Assembly (NCBI GenBank): GCA_020637235.1
Contig: JACJWG010000015.1
Coordinates: 2,557-66,556 of the forward strand
Direction of reading: 5' to 3'
Source: Acidimicrobiaceae bacterium
Lineage (GTDB): Bacteria; Actinomycetota; Acidimicrobiia; Acidimicrobiales; Ilumatobacteraceae
Length of the DNA stretch: 64,000 bases
In this document: positions 49,624-59,487 of the stretch, piece after piece
Layout of the letters: each line of letters begins with the position of its first letter
Numbering within the stretch: the first letter of the stretch is position 1
Program-made: the position numbers and the translations under genes
The notes under the pieces: model-generated
Seen by the model: only the letters and a program-made list of their open reading frames with translations
What the model was told of the DNA's origin: nothing
The model's database searches: none

Positions 49624-50876
49624 GCCAGCCACGCCGCCAGCACCACGAGCACGATCGCGGTGGTGAGCCCGAGCAGGAGGACGTCGAGGTGGCGGGCATT
49701 GGCCCAGAAGCCGCTCTTCACCGGCACTGCCGGCGCGGTCTGGACGACCACCTGCTGCGGCACGGCCGGACCGCGCTCGCCGATCACCGCCGACACGACG
49801 GTGGCGACCGCGCGGGCGAACACCTCGGGATCGTTCATCGGCACCGCACCCATCGCCGGCGGCGGCACCGGGGCGGCGGGCGTCTCGCGCCGATCGGCCG
49901 GCGCCCACGGCGAGCGCCGCTCGGCAGTGGTCTCATCGGCGGATCCCAGGATCACCACGGGAGCGACCGGCGACGGTGCGATCGGTGCACCACCCGGGAG
50001 CGAGTCGGGCGGCGGGGTGCCGAGCACGATCGCTCGCTCGGGTGCGGGCGCAGCCGCCGCGCGACGCACCTCCTCGGCCCGACGCACCATGTCGGAACGG
50101 CGCACCGTCTCGGCCCGATCGTGCTCCTCGGCCCGACGCAGTTCGTCGACCCGACGCTGTTCCTCGGCCCGACGCATCTCCTCAGCGCGACGCATCTCCT
50201 CGACCCGACGCATCTCCTCAGCGCGACGCATCTCCTCGACCCGACGCATCTCCTCAGCGCGACGCATCTCCTCGACGCGACGCGACTCCTCAGCGCGACG
50301 CGACTCCTCGGCCCGCTGGAGATCTTCGGCCCGCTGGAGTTCCTCGGCCTCACGGGCGGCCTCGGCTCGGCGCATCTCCTCGAAGCGACGCTCTTCGTCG
50401 AGCCGACGCTGCTGCTCGGCGAGTGCCCGCTCGGCCGCCATGCGGGCCTCACGCGCCCGCTCCTCGGCGGCGCGACGCTCGTCCTCGAGACGCGCCCATT
50501 CGGCCAGCCGCTGCTCCTCGGCTACGCGCGCTCGCTCGGCGGCCTCGGCCTCCTCCGCCACCCGCTGCTGCTCGCGGCGCACCACCTGCTCGGCCTGCTC
50601 GACGATCGCGTCGGCCTGTGCGCGCGCCGTGTCGACCACCGCGGCAGCGGCCGCTCGTGCGGCATCGAGCTCGGCGTCCATCTCCTGGCGGCGCTGGTCG
50701 AGCAAGGGGCCGAGCTGTGCGACGAGCGCAGCCCGGGCCTCTTCGGGATCGGACGGCTGACCGTCCTCGGCCACCCGTACCCGGCGTTCCGCCTGACGCA
50801 GCCGCAGCTGCAGCCGCGCGAACTCGGCTCGCCGATCGGCAGTCGACGCGCCTCGACGTGAGCTGTCAGCCGACAT
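49620..50876 (-). CDS. coiled-coil protein with Glu/Arg-rich hexapeptide repeats, Pro-rich region and C-terminal TM anchor
   Basis: 418 aa. (EEMRRA/EEMRRV)n core, then GFWANARHLDVLLLGLTTAIVLVVLAAWLA. Translationally coupled to pstC. Confidence 0.6.
   Translation of the reverse strand: MSADSSRRGASTADRRAEFARLQLRLRQAERRVRVAEDGQPSDPEEARAALVAQLGPLLDQRRQEMDAELDAARAAAAAVVDTARAQADAIVEQAEQVVRREQQRVAEEAEAAERARVAEEQRLAEWARLEDERRAAEERAREARMAAERALAEQQRRLDEERRFEEMRRAEAAREAEELQRAEDLQRAEESRRAEESRRVEEMRRAEEMRRVEEMRRAEEMRRVEEMRRAEEMRRAEEQRRVDELRRAEEHDRAETVRRSDMVRRAEEVRRAAAAPAPERAIVLGTPPPDSLPGGAPIAPSPVAPVVILGSADETTAERRSPWAPADRRETPAAPVPPPAMGAVPMNDPEVFARAVATVVSAVIGERGPAVPQQVVVQTAPAVPVKSGFWANARHLDVLLLGLTTAIVLVVLAAWLA
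50170..50313 (-). repeat. eight tandem 18-nt units (CGACGCATCTCCTC[AG/GA]CS) encoding EEMRRA/V repeats
   Basis: Read directly. The units alternate, giving a 36-nt super-unit. Confidence 0.85.
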
Positions 50877-51354
50877 CGCCCAACCCCTGTTCGTAGGACG
50901 GACGCACTCCCGCGAGCAACGAGTCGGCGCGGCGACGGCCGTCGGCCATGATCCGCTTCGCTTCCGACTCGGCGCCGATGCGGATCGTCTCGAGGCGGCG
51001 CACGTGCTCGGCCTCCATGTCGGCCAGCTGCGTCTCGAAGGTCTCGATCACGGCGCGCAGCGCCGCATCGCGCTCCTCGGCGCGCCGCTCCGCAGCGGCG
51101 GCGCGCTGCGTCGCGTCGCGCACCTCTGCCTCCAGCGCCGCCAGATCGGCGTCGGTCGAGGGACGTGGCCCGTCGGTCGGCGGCGGCGGGGTGGGCCCCG
51201 ACACGATCGGCATCCGGTGGGTGACCTCGGCAGCCGGCGGCAAGGCCGTCGGCGGCACGGACGTCGGTGACACGGCCGGCGGTGGCGGTGGCACCATGCC
51301 GAGCAGCTCGTCCTGGCGCCGCCAGAACTCGTCGTCGAACGGTGAGCTCGTCAT
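50866..51354 (-). CDS. Pro-rich + coiled-coil hypothetical protein
   Basis: ATG at 51354; 162 aa. MTSSPFDDEFWRRQDELLG, a PPPPP tract, then a helical AEVRDATQRAAAAERRAEERDAALRAVIETFETQLADMEAEH. It overlaps the next gene by 11 nt. Confidence 0.5.
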   Translation of the reverse strand: MTSSPFDDEFWRRQDELLGMVPPPPPAVSPTSVPPTALPPAAEVTHRMPIVSGPTPPPPTDGPRPSTDADLAALEAEVRDATQRAAAAERRAEERDAALRAVIETFETQLADMEAEHVRRLETIRIGAESEAKRIMADGRRRADSLLAGVRPSYEQGLGDVG

Positions 51355-51380
51355 GTGGACTCCGTTGGTCGACGACATGA

Positions 51381-52394
51381 TCAGCCGATCAGCGCCATGG
51401 CAGCGGTCAGGGCTGCCGTCGCCGCCGCGATCGACACCACCGCTTGCGTGGGGAACCACCCGCCGTCCTGCTCGTCCGCCCCGCCATCGCTCCAGAACCG
51501 CCGCCGATCCTGCTCGAGCAGCTCCAGCCGTGCGAGCGACTGGTCGCGGTCGACACCGATCTCCCGCACCGTCGGTGCCTCTTCGAGGATCACCAGATCT
51601 CGCGGGCTCGCGCTGCGCGTCGTCGCCGGCGCATGGTGCGCCACGGCCTCGCGCCGCATCGTCAGCTGAGGCTGCTGAGGCTCGGTCGGCGCCACCGACC
51701 CGGTCCCCGCCATCGCCGGCATCGGTGTGGGCATCGGCCGCAGCACGTCGCCGAGCGCCGACAGCAGCGACCGCAGATCGACGCCGTCGGAGTGGTCGAG
51801 CACCTCCCGCACCGCTCCGGGCAGCGCGGCCTGCGTCGCTGGACGCGATCGAGGAGGGATCGCCGCCGCCTGCGTCCCCCGGCTCGCCGCAGGGGCTGGC
51901 AGTGCGACGCCGGCGCGTGCCACGGTCGCGGGTGCGGCCGGCACCGCGGCCGGCGAGCTGTGTCGAGCCTCGATCAGCTCCACCTGGCGCACCAGCGCCC
52001 GGCGCGCCGTGGCCTCGTCCATCGCCTGCCCGGCGCTCGAGTTGAGCGCCGACCACCAGCCATCGAGCAACGCAGCCAGCTGGCGCGTCGCCGCGCCGGC
52101 ATCCCAGGCGTCGAGGTCGAGCAGGTCGTCGGCGGCGTGCTGGTCGAGCAGCGCTGCCTCGTGGCGACCCACCTTCGACACGATCGCCCGCTGGGCGTCG
52201 AAGAACTGGCGCGACAGCTGCATCGTCGATGCGGCCACGCCCTCGAGCTGGCCGGTGCCGCGCACGATCACCGCCGCATCGCCGACCGCTTCGAGGTAGC
52301 GCTGCTGGTGGTCGCGGAGGGCGTCGAGGTAGCGCTCGGTGGCCTCGCGGGTGGAGGCCGCCGAAGCTCGGAGTGCGGAGGGGGCAGCGCTCAC
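51381..52394 (-). CDS. hypothetical protein with C-terminal TM segment
   Basis: Codon bias supports this frame from about 52394 (GTG; an alternative ATG is at 52223). It ends with WFPTQAVVSIAAATAALTAAMALIG. No family recognised. Confidence 0.45.
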   Translation of the reverse strand: MSAAPSALRASAASTREATERYLDALRDHQQRYLEAVGDAAVIVRGTGQLEGVAASTMQLSRQFFDAQRAIVSKVGRHEAALLDQHAADDLLDLDAWDAGAATRQLAALLDGWWSALNSSAGQAMDEATARRALVRQVELIEARHSSPAAVPAAPATVARAGVALPAPAASRGTQAAAIPPRSRPATQAALPGAVREVLDHSDGVDLRSLLSALGDVLRPMPTPMPAMAGTGSVAPTEPQQPQLTMRREAVAHHAPATTRSASPRDLVILEEAPTVREIGVDRDQSLARLELLEQDRRRFWSDGGADEQDGGWFPTQAVVSIAAATAALTAAMALIG

Positions 52395-52537
52395 GGCGGC
52401 GAAGGTACGAGCCGCACATGTCCACCATCTGAACAACGGTGAACGTCCGCTGGACGAACGGGTGAAACCTCGCGCTGCGTCCTTCAGCCAGCGCTCAGCG
52501 CAGCCGATGAGCCACGCCTCGCTGCGGCTCTTGACGA

Positions 52538-53128
52538 TCAGCCGGCCGCGGCCCGCTCCGCCCAGCGTTGCACGGTGGCGCGCACCCCGTCGACCAGCAT
52601 CATCAGGCACTCGTCGTCGCGCGCCGGGTCGCCGTCGTCGAGCCAGAGGCAGATGCTCTCGTGCAGAAACGTCACCAGCGACTCGGCCGCCCACAGCCGC
52701 AGCACCGGATCGTCGAACACGTCGCGCAACAGGTCGAGCGCGAACTCGGTGACGGCCACCTTCGCCACCGCGGCGGTGTCGGCGAACGCCGGCTCGTGGG
52801 CCGCGTGGCGCCACAGCAGCCGGAATCCGTCGGGTTGCCGCCTGGCCACGCCGAACACGCGCCCGACGACGCTGCGCCGCGGATCGTCCGCGCCATCGCC
52901 GAGCGGCTCGTCGAACTCGCCCGCCACGTCGTCGAGCACGGCGTCGAGCACGGCCCGGTACAGGTCGTCCTTCGTCTCGAAGATCCGGTACACGATCAAC
53001 CTGGTGACGCCGGCCTCACGCGCGACGTCGTCCATCGACGTCGCCCCGAAGCCGCCACGCACGAACACCGACGCGGCGCACCGCACCAACTGCTCACGCC
53101 GTTCGGCCCGGGGCATCCGCACTGCCAT
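52538..53128 (-). CDS. TetR/AcrR family transcriptional regulator
   Basis: HTH region REQLVRCAASVFVRGGFGATSMDDVAREAGVTRLIVYRIFETKDDLY. ATG at 53128; the track's 53134 is a GTG. Confidence 0.85.
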   Translation of the reverse strand: MAVRMPRAERREQLVRCAASVFVRGGFGATSMDDVAREAGVTRLIVYRIFETKDDLYRAVLDAVLDDVAGEFDEPLGDGADDPRRSVVGRVFGVARRQPDGFRLLWRHAAHEPAFADTAAVAKVAVTEFALDLLRDVFDDPVLRLWAAESLVTFLHESICLWLDDGDPARDDECLMMLVDGVRATVQRWAERAAAG

Positions 53129-53132
53129 TGAC

Positions 53133-53143
53133 ACATGTATACA
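53133..53143. promoter_or_regulatory. AT-rich palindromes (ACATGT / TGTATACA) in the TetR-P450 divergent gap
   Basis: This is the only AT-rich stretch in the 35-nt gap between the two start codons, and a typical position for a TetR operator. Inference only. Confidence 0.3.
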
Positions 53144-53163
53144 CCCGTGTTTACATCGATGCC

Positions 53164-54396
53164 ATGACCTCGTCGTCGACGGCCCCGCTGTTCAATCCCT
53201 TCGACCCTGCGTTCCGGGCCGACCCGTACCCGTTCTACGACCAGCTGCGCGAACTCGACCCGGTGCACGTGTCGCCGATGGGCTTCACCGTGCTCACGCG
53301 ATACGAGGACGTGGCCCGCGCCCTGCGCGGCGCCGAGTTCGCCCGCGACATCGAGGCCCACACGCCGCCGCCCGTCGACCCGATCCGTCTGCGCCGCCGC
53401 GACAACTTCCAGCGTCGCGTCGAGGAGGGCCGGGCGTCGAAGTCGATCCTGAACCTCGATCCTCCGGACCACACCCGCATCCGCCGACTCGTCACCCAGG
53501 CGTTCACCCCCTCGGCGATCGAGCGCCTGCGCCCCCGGGTGCAGCAGCTGGTGGACGACGTGCTCGACCGGGCGGCCGAGCGCGGCGAGATCGAGCTCGT
53601 CGACGAACTCGCGTTCACCGTGCCGTTCCAGGTGATCAGCGACCTGCTCGACATGCCGATGGACATGAGCGATCAGGTGCGCGACTGGTCGCAGGCCCTG
53701 ACGGCCTCGCTCGAGCCGACGGCCGACGACGCGACGCTCGACGCCTCCGAGGAGGCCGCCGAGGGCATGAGCGAGTACCTCCGCGGCGTCGTCGCGCACC
53801 GCCGCCAGCACCTCGGCGACGACCTCCTGTCGGCGTTGTTGCAAGTGGAAGAACAGGGCGACCGGCTCAGCACCGCCGAGCTCCTCTCGTTCACGCTGCT
53901 GCTGTACGTGGCCGGCCACGAGACCACCGTGAACCTGATCGGCAACGGCACCCTGGCCCTGCTGCGCCACCGCGACGAACTGCGCCGCTGGGCGAACGAC
54001 CCGACGATGGACGTCCAGGCGATCGACGAGCTGCTGCGCTACGACGGCCCCGTGCAGCAGACCGTCCGCGTGCCGCTGCAGCCGGTGCGCTTCGGCGACG
54101 TCGAGGTGCCCGCCAACTCGATGGTGATGACCGTGCTCGGCGCGGCGAACCACGACCCCGCCGTGTTCGACGATCCCCACGCGCTGCGGCTCGACCGCCC
54201 GAACGCCCGCAACCACCTCGCCTTCGCCGCCGGCATCCACTACTGCCTCGGCGCGTCGCTCGCGAAGCTCGAGGGCTCGGTCGCGATCGGCACGCTGATC
54301 CGTCGCTTCCCCGACCTCGAGCTCGCCGGCGAACCGCACTGGCGCGACCGGCTCACCATCCGCGGCGTCGACCGCCTGCCGCTGTCGCTGCGCTGA
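53164..54396 (+). CDS. cytochrome P450
   Basis: ATG at 53164; 410 aa. AGHETT I-helix, ELLRY (ExxR) and the heme loop LAFAAGIHYCLGASLA. Confidence 0.9.
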   Translation: MTSSSTAPLFNPFDPAFRADPYPFYDQLRELDPVHVSPMGFTVLTRYEDVARALRGAEFARDIEAHTPPPVDPIRLRRRDNFQRRVEEGRASKSILNLDPPDHTRIRRLVTQAFTPSAIERLRPRVQQLVDDVLDRAAERGEIELVDELAFTVPFQVISDLLDMPMDMSDQVRDWSQALTASLEPTADDATLDASEEAAEGMSEYLRGVVAHRRQHLGDDLLSALLQVEEQGDRLSTAELLSFTLLLYVAGHETTVNLIGNGTLALLRHRDELRRWANDPTMDVQAIDELLRYDGPVQQTVRVPLQPVRFGDVEVPANSMVMTVLGAANHDPAVFDDPHALRLDRPNARNHLAFAAGIHYCLGASLAKLEGSVAIGTLIRRFPDLELAGEPHWRDRLTIRGVDRLPLSLR

Positions 54397-54432
54397 ACGC
54401 GGCGCGCGTCGAGAGCGCGACCTCGTCGGCGT

Positions 54433-55326
54433 TCAGTCGTTGGCGAGCAGGTGGATGAGGCTGCTGGTGTCCCACCGACGGCCGCCACGCGCGATCACCT
54501 GCGCGTAGAACTGGTCGATCAGTGCGGTCACCGGCAGGCGCGCGCCGTTGCGATCGGCCTCGGCGAGCACGATGCCGAGGTCCTTGCGCATCCACTCGAC
54601 CGCGAAGCCGAAGTCGAACTCGCCCTTGGCCATCGTGTGCCCGCGGTTCTCCATCTGCCAGCTCTGCGCGGCTCCGTAGCGAATCACGTCGATCACCGCA
54701 TCGGGATCGAGACCGGCCTTCGCGGCGAAGTTGATGCCTTCCGCCAGGCCCTGCACCACACCGGCGATGCAGATCTGGTTCACCATCTTGGTGAGCTGCC
54801 CCGACCCCGCCGGGCCCATCAGCGACGTCGCCTTCGCGTACGCCTCCATCACGGGGCGGGCGAGCTCGTAGAAGGCCTCGTCGTCGCTGCCGCACATCAC
54901 CGTCAGCTGCCCGTTCTCGGCGCCGGCCTGACCACCCGACACGGGGGCGTCGACGAAGCCCACACCGAACTCGGCGGCGGCCTCGGCGAGTTCCTTGGCC
55001 ACCTCGGCCGAGGCGGTGGTGTGATCCACCAGTACCGCACCGGCCGCCACGCCGGCGAGCACGCCGTCGGGGCCGTACACCACTTGGCGCACGTCGTCGT
55101 CGTTGCCGACACACAGGAGCACGAACTCGGCGCCGTCGGCCGCCTCGCGTGGCGTCGGCGCCGCCCTGTTGCCGTACAACGCCACCCAGGCGAGTGCTTT
55201 CTCGGGCGTGCGGTTGTAGACGGTGACCTGATGGCCGGCGGCGGCGAGGTGACGGGCCATCGGCGTGCCCATCACGCCGAGCCCGATGAAGGCGACGTTG
55301 CTCACCGAGCCAGTCTTGCCGGTCAC
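54433..55326 (-). CDS. NAD(P)-dependent 3-hydroxyisobutyrate/6-phosphogluconate dehydrogenase-family oxidoreductase
   Basis: GTG at 55326 overlaps the upstream stop (GTGA). VAFIGLGVMGTPMARHL, DAPVSGGQAGAENG, GSGQLTKMVNQ. Confidence 0.85.
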   Translation of the reverse strand: MTGKTGSVSNVAFIGLGVMGTPMARHLAAAGHQVTVYNRTPEKALAWVALYGNRAAPTPREAADGAEFVLLCVGNDDDVRQVVYGPDGVLAGVAAGAVLVDHTTASAEVAKELAEAAAEFGVGFVDAPVSGGQAGAENGQLTVMCGSDDEAFYELARPVMEAYAKATSLMGPAGSGQLTKMVNQICIAGVVQGLAEGINFAAKAGLDPDAVIDVIRYGAAQSWQMENRGHTMAKGEFDFGFAVEWMRKDLGIVLAEADRNGARLPVTALIDQFYAQVIARGGRRWDTSSLIHLLAND

Positions 55327-56549
55327 GATCGCACGTGCGGTCCACCCCGATGCTCCGAGGCCGGCAGCTGGCGGGCGACCACCGAACCCGGCCCGGCCAC
55401 CAGGGTGGCGATCACCACACCGACCGCCGCCACGGCTGCCGCCGGCGTGACGCCGAACGACGACAGCGCGATCGCGATCGCCGTTCGCGGGGTGCCGTGC
55501 CCGGCGGCGAGCACGCAACACGCCCCGATCCCGACGCAGGCGACGAACGGCACGCCGGGCAGCCAGGCCCGCCCGACCAGCGTGCCGAGCAGCGCACCGA
55601 TCGCGAGTAACGGCACCACAGCGCCGCCCACCACCCCGCAGCCGATCTGCACCAGTAGCAACGTCACGAACACCAGCGTGGCCGCCAGCACCGGTAGCTG
55701 GCCCTGCTGGGCCGACCACGTGCGTAGCTGCTCGCCGCTGCCGAGCAGGATCGGCGCACCCGTCAGCCACCATGCGAGCGGCACGGCGGCACCGAGCGAC
55801 AACGCTGCGGCGACGAGCCGTCGGCGCAGGGCTCCGCCGTACAACGGACGGACCACCTCCACCCGGCGCACTGCGGTCGCGAACAGTCGCCCCACCAGAC
55901 CGGCGACCCCGGCGATGGTGATCACGCCGATCACCATGTCGTCGACGTCGAGTCCGAGGTCGACACCGACGATGCCGCCCCGCTCCCCCGTCAGCCGCAA
56001 CGCCACCCAGGCCGCCACACCACCGAGCGCGAGCGGGACGACGTCGCGTCGGGCCGGACGCCTGCGCCAGGCGATCTCCGACGTCGCGAGTGCGCCAGCC
56101 AACGGCGCACCGATCACCATGGCCAGCACCGCCGCCGACGTCGCGATCATCAGCCAGCGCTCGGGCCGCCGGGTGCGTCGGGCGACGACGCCACCCAACG
56201 CGCCACCCACCGACATGAGCGGCGTGTCGGCCCCGAGCGGCCCACCGGCACCCACCGAGGCGAACAGCGCGAACAGCCGTGCTGGCGCGCCGCGCAGGTC
56301 GAGCGACCCGTCGTTCATCGCCTCCGCGTGCACCGCGGTGGCGCTCGGCGCGGCTCGTGCGACGGACACGATCACGATCGCCACCACGGCCCCGGCGGCA
56401 GGGAGCGCCGCCCACCACATCGACGCGCCGGCGGGCCGATCGCGCACCCACTGCAGCCATTGCACGATCCGTCCGGCCGACAGGGCGGCGACGAAGGCGA
56501 CGACCCACGTGAGCGCCACGTCGGTGGCCCATCGAGTCCGGCGCCCCAT
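55323..56549 (-). CDS. divergent ClC-family chloride channel-like membrane protein
   Basis: 408 aa and highly hydrophobic. GAGGPLGADTPLMSVGGALG occupies the position of the ClC GREGP motif, and GGAVVPLLAIGALLG that of GxFxP. The motifs are degenerate, so confidence is moderate. Confidence 0.5.
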   Translation of the reverse strand: MGRRTRWATDVALTWVVAFVAALSAGRIVQWLQWVRDRPAGASMWWAALPAAGAVVAIVIVSVARAAPSATAVHAEAMNDGSLDLRGAPARLFALFASVGAGGPLGADTPLMSVGGALGGVVARRTRRPERWLMIATSAAVLAMVIGAPLAGALATSEIAWRRRPARRDVVPLALGGVAAWVALRLTGERGGIVGVDLGLDVDDMVIGVITIAGVAGLVGRLFATAVRRVEVVRPLYGGALRRRLVAAALSLGAAVPLAWWLTGAPILLGSGEQLRTWSAQQGQLPVLAATLVFVTLLLVQIGCGVVGGAVVPLLAIGALLGTLVGRAWLPGVPFVACVGIGACCVLAAGHGTPRTAIAIALSSFGVTPAAAVAAVGVVIATLVAGPGSVVARQLPASEHRGGPHVRS

Positions 56550-56610
56550 CGCCGGGCGAGGCTACCGATCCCGTTGCGGTCGGCCGGTGACGCCCGCGTA
56601 CGCTTCGCCC

Positions 56611-57252
56611 ATGTCGGGCATCATCGACCACCTCGTCTACGCGACCGACGATCTCGCACGCACGGTCGAGTCGCTCGGCGAGCGGCTCGGCGCCACGCCG
56701 ACACCCGGCGGGCAGCACCTGGGGCGCGGCACCCGCAACGAGCTCGTCGCGCTCGGCGGGGGCTCGTACCTCGAGATCATCGGTCCCGATCCCGACCAGC
56801 GCCATCACGAGGGTCCGATGCCGTTCGGCATCGACACCCTGGAGGGCGAACGGCTGGTCACCTGGTGTGCCCGACCGACGGGCGAGCTCGACCATGTGGT
56901 ACGAGTGATCGCCGCCGCCGACGGCGACCCGGGCGAGATCGTCGACATGTGGCGCGCTCGCCCCGACGGCGAACTGCTGTCGTGGCGGCTGACGCTCACC
57001 CGGCTCGACCACCACCTCGGCCCGATGCCGTTCCTCATCGACTGGCTCGACAGCGAGCACCCGACGGCGTCGCTGCACCAACCGGTCGTGCTGCGCTCGC
57101 TGCGACTCACCTCGTACGACCACCGGCATCTCGCTCGTCTGCTGGCGATCATGGGCGGCGACGACGATCCCCGCCTGCAGCTCGACGACGGCGACCCGGC
57201 GATCGCCGCCGTCCTCGACACACCGAACGGCGAGGTCGTGCTCGAGGGCTGA
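56611..57252 (+). CDS. VOC/glyoxalase-like domain protein
   Basis: ATG at 56611; 213 aa. IIDHLVYATDDLARTVESLGERLG and SYLEIIGPDP. Confidence 0.6.
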   Translation: MSGIIDHLVYATDDLARTVESLGERLGATPTPGGQHLGRGTRNELVALGGGSYLEIIGPDPDQRHHEGPMPFGIDTLEGERLVTWCARPTGELDHVVRVIAAADGDPGEIVDMWRARPDGELLSWRLTLTRLDHHLGPMPFLIDWLDSEHPTASLHQPVVLRSLRLTSYDHRHLARLLAIMGGDDDPRLQLDDGDPAIAAVLDTPNGEVVLEG

Positions 57253-57265
57253 GCCCGGCCACCGA

Positions 57266-58657
57266 TCAGGCCAGGGTTGCGGCCAATTCGTCGATCACCG
57301 ACTCGGGCGTGCGCGGGTGCAAGAACACCAGCCGCCCCACCGGCTCACCCTTCCAGGTCGACGGCGCCACGAACGCGATCCCGTCGCTCAGCACGCGAGA
57401 CGCCCATGCGCCCCACTCGTCACGCCCCCAGCCGGCACGACGGAACAGCAACACCCCGAGCGTGGGCTCCATCACGAGCGACACACCGGACACCGATGCC
57501 AGGCGGTGCGCAGCCAGCCGGGTGAGCTCGACGCCCCGCCGGATCGCGGCAGCGTGCGCATCGGTGCCGTGCACCGCGAGGGCGAACCACAACGGCATGC
57601 CGGTGGCCCGACGGGTGAGCTGGTAGCCGTAGTCGCTCGGGTTCCAGAGCGGCTCGTCGCCGTGGAGGATGTCGATGTACGGACCGTGCTGGGTGTGCAC
57701 CTCGGCCGCGAGTTCGGGCCGCCGGTACAACAGCGCGCACGAACCCTCGGGGGCGAACAGCCACTTGTGCGGGTCGACGATCACCGAGTCGGCGCGTCCG
57801 ATGCCATCGAACACCGACGCCATCTCGGGCAGCATCGCCGCCGCCGCACCGTAGGCACCGTCGACGTGCAACCAGGCGCCGAGCCGTTCGGCCACGTCGG
57901 CCAGCCCGGCGAGATCGTCCACCACACCTGCGTTGGTGGAACCCGCCGCCGCCACGATCAACCCGACATCGTGCCGGTCGCCCACCGCGGCGTCGAGCGC
58001 CGCCCCGGTGAAGCGTCCGTCGTCGCCGGTGGGGACGACGATCAGCTCGTAGCCGGGCTCGCGAGTGAGCCCCAGCATGCGCAGCGAGTTGAACACCGAG
58101 GCGTGCGCGGTGTCGGCGACGGCCACCGAGCGCCGGTCGCCCATCTGCTCGCGGGCGACCGCGAGGGCGCTGAGGTTGCCGATCGAGCCGCCGCTCATGA
58201 AGCACCCACCGGCCGACGCCGGCATGCCGAACAGGTCGGCCAACCAGCGCAACACCTGGTTCTCGGCCGCCACCACACCGGCGGCCTCCAGCCACGACTC
58301 GGCGCTGAACGTGGCCGCGCCCACGGCCGCCTCCATCCACACTCCGGCCGCGCTGGGCGACACGGGGATGAACGCGAGGTATCGCTCGCTGTCGAGCGCC
58401 ACCGTGTTCGGCACCACGTCGTCGACGAACCGCCGCCAGGCAGCGTCGGGCCCCAAGCCGCTGGCGGTGATCACCCCGTCGAGCAACGGGTTCATCTGCG
58501 ACGGCGGCAACGTGCGGCCGAGGGGTGCGTGGGCGATGCGGTCGCGGACGAACCCGGCCACGTCCCGCCCGAGTGCGTCGGGCACCGCTCCGGCACCGTG
58601 GAGCGTGCTCCACGGCGGGCGATCGTCCCTCGTCCCCGAGCCGTCCGGCGCTGTCAC
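57266..58657 (-). CDS. PLP-dependent group II amino-acid decarboxylase
   Basis: 463 aa. SGGSIGNLSALAVAR, HVDGAYGAAA and the PLP-lysine motif VDPHKWLFAP. Confidence 0.85.
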   Translation of the reverse strand: MTAPDGSGTRDDRPPWSTLHGAGAVPDALGRDVAGFVRDRIAHAPLGRTLPPSQMNPLLDGVITASGLGPDAAWRRFVDDVVPNTVALDSERYLAFIPVSPSAAGVWMEAAVGAATFSAESWLEAAGVVAAENQVLRWLADLFGMPASAGGCFMSGGSIGNLSALAVAREQMGDRRSVAVADTAHASVFNSLRMLGLTREPGYELIVVPTGDDGRFTGAALDAAVGDRHDVGLIVAAAGSTNAGVVDDLAGLADVAERLGAWLHVDGAYGAAAAMLPEMASVFDGIGRADSVIVDPHKWLFAPEGSCALLYRRPELAAEVHTQHGPYIDILHGDEPLWNPSDYGYQLTRRATGMPLWFALAVHGTDAHAAAIRRGVELTRLAAHRLASVSGVSLVMEPTLGVLLFRRAGWGRDEWGAWASRVLSDGIAFVAPSTWKGEPVGRLVFLHPRTPESVIDELAATLA

Positions 58658-58664
58658 CGCGCGC

Positions 58665-59450
<786 letters not shown>

Positions 59451-59487
59451 GGCGAGGAAGGTAGCGGAGCGACCAGACTGGACCCGC

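Noticed and set aside
55323-56549. ClC-like protein with degenerate selectivity and gating motifs as a finding
   Set aside because: My motif alignment (GADTP for GREGP, GGAVVP for GxFxP) was done by eye on a very hydrophobic protein and could be misregistered. I noted it only in the feature evidence.
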